A stretch of 62,712 nt of DNA, filler included, from Asterionella formosa (GCA_002256025.1; 8 parts of 8 records of this genome joined end to end with filler, not necessarily neighbours in it), one strand, 5' to 3'; numbered from the whole stretch's first letter, positions 12,912 through 24,025 are shown. The notes: generated by a model from the letters alone, not told the origin. Translations and numbers: made by a program.

Positions 12912-12952
12912 TCCTGAGTAGCCTGTGGCCTTCAAAGCTGTGCTTTATAGTG

Positions 12953-13331
12953 TGTTAAAAGGTCTCATACTCCTTCCTGTCTAACGGGTTCCTCTTACGT
13001 AGAACTTACCTGCTATACCACTAGTATTGTTATCTTCTTTCTGCTGCTAGCCTTCGTGCTAGTTTTCGCTATTGACCTTACTCTGTCAATTCTCACTGTT
13101 TCTTAATTATAAGATTAAACTAAAACTAAGTTTCAATCCCATTCATCACACTTTGAGAAACTGTTCTTCGTGTTCCCTTTTCGTTGATGTAAACCTTCTT
13201 CTGATTGATCTAAGACATCAATCTCGTTAGCAAGCTTCTTGACATGGGAACGCACAATTTGACTCATTGGACTATAGTCGAGTCCACAGTCCTTGTGACT
13301 CATTATAGCCATTGATGCTATATTCTTGACA
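12953..13331 (-). repeat. 5' LTR of Copia element 2
   Basis: Direct repeat of 8489-8867; gag ATG lies ~41 nt downstream. Confidence 0.95.
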
Positions 13332-13455
13332 AAACTATTGTTTCCAGTAAAAAAAGGGCAGGACTCTAGAATTATAAACACGACCACAACAAAGAAAAAG
13401 GCGTATTGAAAACACACGTGCGAGATTAAACAACGAGAACAAATCAACCTTGGCG

Positions 13456-14150
13456 ATGAATATCGCCCCTAATTTTGTCGCCCCTACCCACCTTAAGCAT
13501 AAGCTGCAATTGCGAGCGAGTTTGGCGAACGAGTAGAGTACCATAAGAGTGGATTCTGTCCGTCTCATCCAGACATTCAGCTTCACAGAAAGAATCTGTT
13601 TGGAGTTTGGAAGACTGTGCGAGACAGCTGCCCTAAATGCGATCGTCTGAATACCCAAGGGGCTACTGCTCCAGCGACTCCAATGCCTCAGGAGTCTCCT
13701 TCTTTGCCAGCAACCCAAATTCAAACCACTTCAAGTTCGTCTCCGATTGTTGCAATTCTTTCAAAGATGCATATGAATGAACGGAATGCTGACATTCAAA
13801 TAAAAGGTTGTGATGAACTTTGGGACTTGGCTGTGAATGAAGACAACAGGGTGACGATTGCTGAAGCAGGAGGTATCACTACGATTCTGTGTGCAATGAA
13901 GACTCATTCCTCCAATGCTACTGTGCAAGAGAATGGATGTTGGGCACTTTGGTACTTGGCTGCTAATGACAAGAACGAGGTGACGATTGCTGAAGCAGGA
14001 GGTATCACTACTATTCTATCTGCAATGAAGACTCATTCCTCAAATGCTACTGCTCAATACTTAAGTTGTTTAGCACTTGGGCTCTTGGCTGTTAATGAAA
14101 ACAACAGGGTGACGATATCCAATGCTGGTGGAAAAGCCGTAGCTAATTGA
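13456..14150 (+). pseudogene. Armadillo-repeat protein with an N-terminal Cys/His motif (CPSHP...WK...CPKC); 5' end disrupted
   Basis: Near-identical 126-bp (42-aa) ARM repeats (LAVNEDNRVTIAEAGGITTIL..MKTHSSNATVQ), about 2.5 copies. The upstream ATG at 13456 is out of frame and TAA codons lie near 13494-13502. Confidence 0.65.
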
Positions 14151-14312
14151 GTCTGCTATGACGAACATGGTGAAGGTTAGTGATTTTCGGTATAAGTTAT
14201 AGTGAAGATCACCTTCACGGCGTTCTACCGGACGATTGTAAATATCTAGTGCTAGCTTGTAGTAGCTCTCTACCAAAGGCTAATCTTTTAAATGTTGCCA
14301 CGACTCTACACC

Positions 14313-14702
14313 CTAGACGTTGACAATAGGCTTTTTCAATTGCTTCTTGGTTAAAAATAGAGGCACTAGCGATTTCAGGATCATCGACAATCTCAGCTTT
14401 GAATAGTGATTCAGGTTCCAGCTGCTCAAGTTCATATTAGACGAATCGTTGTTGCCATCTTGAGGAGGCATGATAACTGCGGCTTTCTTCTGTTGGTCTT
14501 CTACTTTCACCTCCTCTGCAAACGGAGTTTCTTTGCTGGATCCAACATACTTCTTCTTGGCATCTTGAGGGGGCATTGCTCCTGCCAAATCCTCCGATGC
14601 AGTTGCTGCCATCTCTTCCTCCTTTGCTTCTTCTGCAAACCGATGAGCATAGAGGCTAGCACCATGATCTTTCTTCTTGTTATTGTTGTTGCTTGATGAC
14701 AT
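14313..14702 (-). CDS. Short hypothetical low-complexity protein or gene fragment
   Basis: ORF from MSSSNNNN with internal duplicated FAEE.K.E and MPPQD segments; no domain recognised. Confidence 0.3.
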   Translation of the reverse strand: MSSSNNNNKKKDHGASLYAHRFAEEAKEEEMAATASEDLAGAMPPQDAKKKYVGSSKETPFAEEVKVEDQQKKAAVIMPPQDGNNDSSNMNLSSWNLNHYSKLRLSMILKSLVPLFLTKKQLKKPIVNV

Positions 14703-16975
14703 GCTGGTCTTGTTGTGAATGATATCAAAAAGACGACGAGCGACGAGAGAAAACAATTTATAATCCTTTACGAATATGTGTTCTACAGATCTAAACGGTG
14801 CCGAAAGACATAAAGTACGCACTCCCAATATGGCCTGCTTGATAAAAAAGAAAAGAAGATTGAACGTACCGGTAAAAATTTTTTAGACCAGCCATGACAA
14901 TAATTCACCGAGGGGGAGCATGTCAAGATCTTTTGTATTAGCAGGTACCGTACAACCTGTTTGCTCATTCATGTCTTGCTTGATTCTTCAATAGCAGGCA
15001 CGTGCAACAATGAACTACCGTAAAACCTGGTGTCTCGTACCCCTCAATGTACACAGCCACGACTGATTTTACATAGAGGGGAGTACGAGACATTGGACCT
15101 TTTTTGATAATCCAACACTGCGAGCAAACCGACTTCGCCACCGTTTTCTCCATAGTCTAAAACGTAAATAGCAACATTAAAAGATATATTGTTGTAGGTT
15201 CAAACAGTTTCTATCATCACTAGAATTTCTATTTTTGGGCACCGGTGCACCCGAGTTTTGTGATGGCATCAATAGTAATTCCTAGTGTGTGTACGCATTT
15301 GGACCTAATCCTACAACTGTACTAACTTGTGTAGACTCTACGACTTGGATAGTGATGGAAATTAATATAAGCCAACCACATCACTTATATGATTGGGCGC
15401 GCTCTGATAAAAAAATTTATTATATCATGTGTGTATTATAACACAAATTATTCTGGTGATCTGCTACATAATATCGTCCTTGCGCTCTGATAATAGAGAT
15501 ATTTTAGATTACTTCTCTGACATTATATATATTTTTAACTTTAATTTTCAACAGTTAAATTTTCATATCGATGCATCCTCTTGTATGCTATGCCGCCTCT
15601 TGTTCATTATATGCATGAGTTCTATATATTCATCATCGTCNNNNNNNNNNNNNNNNNNNNNNNNNNNNNNNNNNNNNNNNNNNNTTAATTAATTAANNNN
15701 NNNNNNNNNNNNNNNNNNNNNNNNNNNNNNNNNNNNNNNNTTCTTTCTGTTCTTGCTGATGGACTCGAACTGTCGACCTCTGGTTTTCATGTTCTTCCTC
15801 GTACCACTTGTACTAACGAGCCCGCTACCATGTTGAAATATATGGCGCTACTCTAGCGCGCTCCAGTACTGCCCTGGAATGACCGGTCAAGATCTTTCTC
15901 ACGCCGCTCGTCTGCAGATTCTTCTGCTATATAAATCCTGTCTATTTCCGTTTAGACATTCCTCAGACTACCTAGTCTTCGGACACCTGTCGACATCAAC
16001 AGCCTAACAGACACATTCTGACACCCCCCCCCTCCCCCCTTTGTGATAGCTATACATATGTTTCAAGGTTTAAGTCTATCGGGTTGGTTGCCAGAACGTG
16101 TGAGGTTATCTGGTTGCTTAGAGGCTAGTAACAGTCGTTGGATTGTAATGGGTTAAAACAACAATAACAGGGGATCTCATGCTGTGCAAACCAACCAAAT
16201 TTTACACGTTGGTACCTTCCGGGTTATGCAGAGTAGATTTCGAGCTGGAATAATAAATTGAAGTGCATTTTGATTGCGCACATGCAGTAGTGCTTACACC
16301 ATTTTAATAAATGGAAATCATGCTCATTCATGCTATATATAAATTTGCGCATGTTCCACACCTTCATTTGATTTTTTGTGATCATAAATTTGCCTTTACC
16401 ACCTTTGTCATCCTTGAAATAGTTGTGTTGAGCTCTGGAAATGCTGCAAATGCAATGAATGGGGTCTCGACTCTTGCTCCCTTGTAATCTGTACGCTTTA
16501 TGACATTCATCATCGAAAATATGGAAGGGACAAGAAACCTTGTTCAATGCTTTCTTGAAGCCTTCTTGAGGGTTTGTGCCTCTCAGACGAACCAGCAACG
16601 GGTGAGGGCCCATGAACAATTTTTCCTTCAGATCTTTCTTGTACTGTTGGATTCTTGGATGATTAATTCATGGTGGACTTGATTCCATTATTTGTTTGTC
16701 GAATGGGCCACTGCTTCCTCAGTGTTCAGGTTGGTTTGGGAGCTGTGAGTGGGTTCCCAGCACTGTTCTGGTAGCTGCTATATTGGCTTAAGAGCGAAGG
16801 TCAAAAGAATGGGGGTGTAATTTATATTTTTCAATTAAATTGCAAGAACCAGAACAATAAGAAAGATATGAACTCTTTGTCAGTAGCAGCAATCCTTCAC
16901 TTGTTTCACACTTTTGACAACCTAATCCAACATTAGCATCTCTATGAAGAGGCCATCAAGGTTCTTGAAATCTGC

Positions 16976-18110
16976 TACTTTTGAATAGGACAATCCAATA
17001 CTTATTGACAACTGCTCAATAACATGCATTACAAACAATGCAAATATAATTGGATACCAAAGATATTCAGGCCAGGGTAATTGGAAATGGAGGATCAATA
17101 AGCTGCACGAATGGAACATTGAAGATGTTCAAGGAACGACGTCATGCCAATTCAAAATTAAGGATATTCCATGCCCATGATGCAAACTGCCAAGAAGATT
17201 GTTTTCATCACAACATCGAGCAAAATCCACAAATGATAATTCTGAACACATCAAGGGAACATGGCCAGTCATTGACCTATGATGACCAAATTGAGGTACA
17301 ATTGTAGCAACAACAAGTTTCAAAAGACTACATTAATCCTTGATTCAATCACTAATGAAAAAAACTAATGTGGCAAGATTTCAATCAGCACTGGGTTTTA
17401 ATAGGTTTATATCTTGTTGATTCAACCAGCGACAAGTCATGTACTGCTTTGATGCAAATTTGGTGTCTGATGATGAGCAGTCACAGACATTGGATACCAA
17501 AGATAAAGGTTGTGAAACACCCTCTGCAAATGAGATTCCACCATTGCTCATACACACACTGACCCGAATCTATCAAAAAGAACTGGTCCCCATGTGATTA
17601 ATTTCCACGATGAAGAGATTATAAAGAAACTAACAGTGTTCTGGAACATCAACTTAATCCAACAGCACTACCACTCCGATTACATTAGCAAATGTCTCAT
17701 CTGCCCTTCAGCTCACTTGGATTAATGGTTGAAATCGGTCATCTCCCATCTTCGATTAATGGTTGAAATCGGTCATCTCCCATGAAAGATAATGGAATGT
17801 CCGATCCCAAAGTGTATATACTATAGCATGCATGTTTGGAAAAGTAACCAGAAGACCATGGAGATCCAAGTCAACGGAAGTGCAAAAATCAAGCAAGGTA
17901 ATAATGCAACCAGGACAATGTACCAGTTGATCAATTAAAGGTCCCCCACACCTGGTTTTGTTGCCCAACTCAAAGGCAGTCCACCAACACTTAATATCAA
18001 TATTTGTGGATCATGACAATTTTATGAGTAAGTTCATTTGCAACCAATATGGTCATCAGATGATAGATACCAATAAGGCAAAGAAAGTCTTAAGTATGCG
18101 TTTTTTAAAT
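16976..18110 (+). pseudogene. Highly degenerate Copia pol relic (protease to integrase) of a different lineage (CoDi-I-like)
   Basis: Fragments ILIDNCSITCITNN (~17000), MSHLPF (~17692), ACMFGKVTRRPWRSK (~17826), QPGQC..DQL..PTPGFVAQLKG..IFVDH (17907-18015); many stops and frameshifts. Confidence 0.65.
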
Positions 18111-18549
18111 TATGCTCATTTGCAACCAACATTGTCTGCAGATGATACGATCATTTAGGCAAAGAAATCTATTGAGAAGTTTGCTGATGTTTCTTGTTTG
18201 ACCTTGATCTGTTCCTGCAACATATCTAAGCACGCTACAGTTTGGACCCAAGCTTCAAACTCATCGAAAAACATAAAGGCAAGCATCATTTTGTCAGGTT
18301 GTCATTTTGTGATCCATGCCAGCATATAGAGGCACATGAAATGAGTAATCTGTTCTTGTGATGTTGGCCTGCTGCGAAAATACGCATATTTGTACACCAA
18401 CCCTTGGCCTCTTTTTTATTTGTTGTCCTCAACTCCATCCTCCAAAATGCTTGGAAATATGTTGGAGAGCTTCAATACTGTACCTTGTGTTGAGTTGACC
18501 TTGTTTGTAGCTACTGCTTGCCTTTGGCACAGATTTCTCAAGTGAAACC

Positions 18550-18700
18550 ATTTTACACTCTTCCGGAGAATGTATAGTCCAAGCCTCTTGTGTTTTGGGC
18601 ACTAATGATAAGTTTTGCTGTCAACCTTCTTGGTCCTGGGTTTATTACTCTAAGGATGTTTCTCCTTCCAGATCCACTTCACGTTGCCATCCGTCCCCTT
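18550..18700 (-). pseudogene. Degenerate Copia gag zinc-finger relic
   Basis: Minus strand reads KWIWKEKHP*..KVDSKTYH*CPKHK / AWTIHSPEECK, matching the WCxxHxxWxxHxxxxC gag finger of diatom Copia elements. Confidence 0.55.
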
Positions 18701-19084
18701 AACTTCTTCTTGTTCTCCATGGGTTTGAGGAACTTAGCAGGTCAATGTTCCTGTCTTTTCCAAGCATTTACATCAGCAGTTACTAGCGCAATAATGCGCG
18801 CATCAACTTTCGTGGTGGTTTGCCACCCAATGCCCTGCCTCAACAAGGGATTTTTATTTGTTAAGAGCTACCTATCATTGAAGTAATCTTGTTGCCTATT
18901 CATGTACTCTGTATAAAGACTTGGTCCTCAACTACCAAGTATGACATCAACATATTTGTCAGTACATTTTCAGCATCCATCGCATCACCTCTTGCTTGCA
19001 TGCCTTGGATTTCGAGTTTGACATAGTCGTTATAACTTTCAATTTTATACTCCAATCAAATAATATCATACATGTGTCGCATAC

Positions 19085-19390
19085 CACCACCTCGGATATG
19101 TCACTCCACATGCTTGGGTTTGGTGCGCCTTCGAAAGTCATGCATAACGCTAGGAGTGCCATGTCCTCAATGATTACTATCGCTTGTGATGCCGTGGTGT
19201 CTGATGTATGTAGAAGCCGGTATGCCGCTTTGAAATCTAATTTTGTCATTAGAATGCGTGTGCCTGGATCAGTTCTGCGTAGGTCCACTATGTAGTGGAT
19301 GAATCTCCGTAGCGCCGTACTGTACCCTCTCTTTTCTGGTATAGTTGCAACACACTCAGCAACTAATCTGGCTTGATCCATGCCCTTCAA
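19085..19390 (-). pseudogene. Reverse-transcriptase fragment of a DIRS/Ngaro-like (tyrosine-recombinase) retrotransposon
   Basis: RILMTKLDFKAAYR...LALCMTFEGAPNPSMWSDISE resembles RT motifs KxDxxxAYR and RLxFGxxxxPxxW; the YxDD segment is absent. Confidence 0.6.
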
Positions 19391-21030
19391 AGAAGCCCTC
19401 TGTAGAAGCTATATACATTTTCTACGTGCGACGATTCAGGTTACGGGTACATTGTGAGAAAGAACTCAAGGTATGTACTTTTCCTGTGTACTGCCTAATA
19501 CACCATACTGGTGATTCATTATGCACATGTACCAGTGATTTTTTGTGCATACTACTATGTAATAACTCATGTGCATCTTTTTCTAAATTGCTTCTCATAA
19601 ACTTGGCACTAAGAACCGACCACGCAAGCTAGGGCTAGCAAACAAGGCAGCAGAGCACAAGAAGGGACACTACTTTGGTAAAGGCTACTGTACTACTACT
19701 ACTACTACGAGGCTGTTGTAGACTTAGCTACAGATGCAGATATGGATATGGATAATGCTGGTCATTGCACTTCCCATGGGGAGAGGACAAAAAGTATGAT
19801 TTCTTCCCTCATCAACTACAGTGTTTCACTTCCTAAAAATCATTCTTGACAAATCCAGACATGGATCAGCTGAAATGAATTCCAGGTAACAGCTGTCATC
19901 AAAGGAAATGCAGCATCAAACACAGCTTGCAGTTTTCGAAGAGTTTGAAACCAACGAGCGAGTATCAGCTTCCAATTCCCGAAATATATTCTTCCAAACT
20001 TGCATTTGTTTCTCCTTCTGGTGATGTCAAACCAGTTGTTATTCCAATTCCTTCTGATCGCTCATCCTATCGTTGATTGTAATGCTGATTTGTCCTCTGC
20101 ACCTCCTCCTGATGCCCTGGCTCCAGTCCACTACTACTATTCCCATCTGCCACACCAAACTCCTGAACACATATACTACCATTCTGGTCTGCTGCCTCAT
20201 CCTGCACATCATCCAATCAACCATTCCGCCGTCCCCCTCCCTCCTCCCCAGCTCAACACTGGTCATAGTACTTTCATCCTCAGCCGATGCCACCACAAAA
20301 AATTTACACTCCAATGCTCCTCCTTGTCGTCCTCAAGGATATCATCTCATCATCACCATCCGCTGCCTCCTCCAGGGCGGCCAGTCAACCACCACCAGTC
20401 TACTACCACCAGCCAGCCGACGTCAACCCCCGCACCCACCTCCACCACAAAATCACCATCAACCAATGATACATTCAATTACCCCAGCTCCTCCTCCATT
20501 TTGAAAAGTTTATTTTTGTGTTGAGATGATGGAAAAACAGAGTGTAAGTTTTTGATGACGTTGACGTTGAAAATATTTTTTGTTGATCTTTTTCTCACCC
20601 AATCTATGTTCCTTGTTTCCTTTTCTCTTCATTTGCTGCCTTTCTACTACTACGAGTTCTACCTATCAATATTCAGCTAGACGGAATTGATTGGTGTGCT
20701 GGAAGATTTTGCTCGCTCAGAATGGAATGGAATAGAATGATCAGGGTTGTTTGGGGGTGGGAGGAATGCTGACTATGGGCAGAAGCACTCCTGGCTGCTT
20801 GTTGAGCTTGTGTCAGGCTACTACAGCTACTAGCTATGTGCATGGTTGTAGTAGCAACCAGATCATATATGCTACATAACAATGCAGATCTCAATTGGGT
20901 TCAGCTTTTTTCTTCCTTTCTACAATTTTTCGGTGATCAATTGTGTGATGGAAAGTCAATGTTGCCTGTGTAAGTGCTACAATGCATGTGTCTCCACTGA
21001 AACGCCTATTTTTTGCTTCAATTCTAACCC

Positions 21031-21308
21031 CAAAAAAACTTTTTCTATTTCTCATTTAACGCTACTTATTACATTGCGTGTCATACTTTGGTTGCTCCAA
21101 ACATCATGCTCAATTTTCATTGAAATTGTATGTTACAATCATTCTCGTGTGTTTCACGCTTGTTTGACCATGTCTAGTATATTACAATTATTCGGGCTGT
21201 CATCATGCTAAAATCGGCATTTTTAATTCCGAAAAATTCGATACGCCCATATTGCCCATAAAAAGAATTACTTAAGAAATTACTGAGAGCCAAAAAATTA
21301 CTTAGAAG
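21031..21308. repeat. Dispersed repeat, copy 2 (see 7871-8148)
   Basis: Same orientation and same sharp boundary as copy 1. Confidence 0.8.
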
Positions 21309-21342
21309 GTGGGGAATTTTAGGTTAAATCAACTGCCCCTGA

Positions 21343-21495
21343 GGGTCATTTTAGGTTGTTCCACACCTAAAATTCAGTAAATGATTGAGAATATTTTCTC
21401 GTCCTACAGACGAACCCCGGTACAAGGCTACAGACAACTTAAACTTCCTTTTCAGTTCTTGGAATTTTAGGTGCGGAAAAACCTAATAATGACTC
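21343..21495. repeat. Pair of ~33-bp imperfect inverted repeats, each an internal palindrome with an 8-bp spacer
   Basis: ATTTTAGGT-TGTTCCAC-ACCTAAAAT (21348-21373) and ATTTTAGGT-GCGGAAAA-ACCTAATAAT (21464-21490). Confidence 0.8.
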
Positions 21496-21705
21496 GCTGC
21501 TTTCGATACATTTGCGCAGAGTAAAATAGTTGATGGATCGCCTCCCGTAGGTGCTGAGAGTGTCATGAAGTCACCATGAGCCGCACTTTAGTAGGTGCTA
21601 TGATTCTGTATATATATAGAGTACTGATGATTCAATTTTTTGATTGAAATATAAGATCAGCAATTATCGTTACTCTTTCAAAGCTTTCAGATTGTTTTTT
21701 AAAGA

Positions 21706-23510
21706 ATGGACTCTACGCCCAACTTCGCTCCATGCTGCCTAGGCAATGCCTGTAAGATGATGCGCAAAGAAAGTGGCGAATTTCCTCATGCTGCAATCAG
21801 CCACCGATGTGTTTCCTGTGATGGAGCGATACATCCCCTTTGCGGAGAGACGAATTCAAATTCAAGCCTTTTGACTTGTCTCGGATGCTTCAAGCAATAT
21901 GGAAGATCATTTGAAGGCAAGGATGACTTCGAATATTTTCTGGGAGGAGGAGATTGGTTTGAGCAGCAAGTGGGATATGATACTGGCACTACAACAACAA
22001 CAATAAAACAAAGTGAGCATGATCGCTTGGTGGAAGAAACGAAGAAGAAGATGTTACCTGATGAATGTCCAAAGCTAAATAGAGCACAATCAACCGGAGA
22101 CAATAATCGGAATGAAGTTGTGAAACTAATAATGTGATTGTTACTTGGGCACAAGAATGAATCTGACAAGGAAACAAGGGATAGACAGATGAGTTTGATC
22201 AACCCAATATTATCTGGCCAGATTCATGTAGCAATCACAGACGACCAAGGAATTTCACAGAAGAAGAGGGAAGCTGCTGCAAGAGTTGTTATTAGGGAAT
22301 GGTTGGACAAGGAGAATAGTCCTGCACCCTTTGATTTTAGTGGTATGGTCTATAAGGACTACACAACATACTTGAGCTCGAATTTGAAGAATAATGGTGT
22401 GCCTTTGAAGGGAAAAGTTTATATGAACAAGCGATCAATCTTGAATAATCTGTTCAAGCGCCACAAGTTCAGGGCAAGTGACGATTTTCAGAGAATGTGG
22501 ACAAGTACATGGAAGGAGTTGTACGCGTTGTGTCAATGGCTGCACAGGAAGGCCTTGGTTCTGTGGAAATGGGCAAACGAGAAATTACTTTTGAGGTTTA
22601 CGAAAAATCGATGATATGGCTACTTGAGGAGAGGTCACACGAGGGTATTTTTGGTCGTGCTTTCATGTCATTGACTTGGAATTTGATGTGTAGGGGAGTA
22701 AATACCTGTGTGTGCTTGAAGCATCTTATGTGGAGGGCTGATGCATTTGGAATTTCATTTTCACATGTTAAGAATGACTCTGCAGGATCAAGGAACTGGC
22801 ATCCCCGCCATATTTACACAAACCCTGACAATTATCATGTGTACTGTGTGACTGCTGTTACAGAGTACCTGTTGTGCTTCCCACAGCTCTTCCAGGATGG
22901 GAATGGTATGCTATTCCCAGCAGGTCCCAAGCAAGAGGAACGATTTGGGGCTATCCTACTTCGTGTGCTAGAAAAGCACAAAGATGAGCTACTTGAACTT
23001 GGCTATGAACCTAATGACATAGGTGTACATTCCATTCGGAAAGGTGCAGGCACATATGCTTCTAGTGGTACAACTGCAGCTCCTTCAAGTGTTTCAGTCA
23101 ATAACCGGGGTGGGTGGACTTTGGGAGGTGTACGTGATGTTTATATGCTGTATGAGCGTGCTGGTGACCAGTATGTAGGTCGAATTTTGAGTGGTATGAA
23201 TGTAATATCTGCTAAGTTTGGCGCTTCTGCACCGGATTTCTTTTATCATGGTACTGTTGGTGTTCCCGAGGCAGTGGCTATTGTGAAAAAAAAACAGATG
23301 GATTTGAATCAAAAGGTTTCTACCATGTTGAAAGCATGTTTTGGAGAACTACAGGATTTAGTGTGCATCAGAAAGACACTACGGTTTGGAATAGCATCAA
23401 TGCTTCACCATTTTGATGCTGCAAATGAATTCCACACCAATTCACCACTTGCAATGTCGCCTATTTTCAGGAAACAAGAATTTATTGAATTGCGGGATTC
23501 TGTCAGAGTA
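21706..23510 (+). mobile_element. Crypton (CryptonS-like) tyrosine-recombinase DNA transposon ORF with an N-terminal Cys/His finger; one stop (22135-22137), one frameshift (~22495), truncated by the contig end
   Basis: YR catalytic residues in order: WNLMCR (R), VKND (K), GVHSIRKG (HxxR), RGGW (W), RDVY (Y), followed by RAGDQYVGR; no RT in frame. Confidence 0.85.
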
Positions 23511-23640
23511 NNNNNNNNNNNNNNNNNNNNNNNNNNNNNNNNNNNNNNNNNNNNTTAATTAATTAANNNNNNNNNNNNNNNNNNNNNNNNNNNNNNNNNN
23601 NNNNNNNNNNCAATACATATAATAAGTAAATATACATATT

Positions 23641-23771
23641 CAAAAGGGTTACTATTTAAATTATGAGGGCATTTATCAAAATTATTGGATGATCATACAA
23701 CGAAAAATTATGATCAGATGATCATAATCCTATGATGCATCAATGGAACTATGATGGTTTTTATTTGCAGA
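23641..23771. repeat. AT-rich dispersed repeat or transposon end (copy at 56611-56737; related inverted terminus at 61770)
   Basis: CAAAAGGGTTACTATTTAAATT...TTTTTATTTGCAGA is shared with 56611-56737. Confidence 0.75.
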
Positions 23772-24025
23772 CAATGTTTAGCAATCATGTTGTATATGTG
23801 GAAGTGGGCACTTACAATGGAATTCTTTGGACAGGTGATTTTAGGACTAAAAATTCCGGCATACAACTACCATTCCAATGATGACGTTTTGGCACATAAT
23901 AATTCTGATTCCGATATTTTGGCGACTGTAGAAAAGGTCGATTTTGTCGAGTTTTTGGATGACAATAGCTCAACGTTGGCTAGGTCTGAAGGCGATTTAG
24001 ATACATAGATAACTTTGAAATAGCA

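Larger units (their letters stand above)
8489..13331 (-). mobile_element. Ty1/copia LTR retrotransposon with both LTRs (4843 bp), defective, flanked by an AAACTA target-site duplication
   Basis: Two 379-bp LTRs (TG...CA); order gag (two CCHC knuckles), PR (WLLDSGAT), IN (HAMLGH..CAGC, FVDISG, RCDDAGEN, NGVVER), RT (YVDD), RH (YVDSD, EAEY); PPT at 8868-8881; AAACTA at 8483-8488 and 13332-13337. Confidence 0.97.

Noticed and set aside
13133..13447. 104-aa ORF sharing its C-terminus with Pol
   Set aside because: This results from the LTR duplication plus chance open flank.
15755..15830. tRNA gene
   Set aside because: Only a T-loop-like motif is present; the T-stem and acceptor stem do not pair.
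20000..20524. His/Pro/Thr-rich ORFs
   Set aside because: Low-complexity sequence open in several frames with no recognisable domain; probably decayed TE or gene sequence.
19085..23510. RT fragment plus YR as a single DIRS-type retrotransposon
   Set aside because: They are on opposite strands with an unrelated repeat between them, and the YR has Crypton-type motifs.
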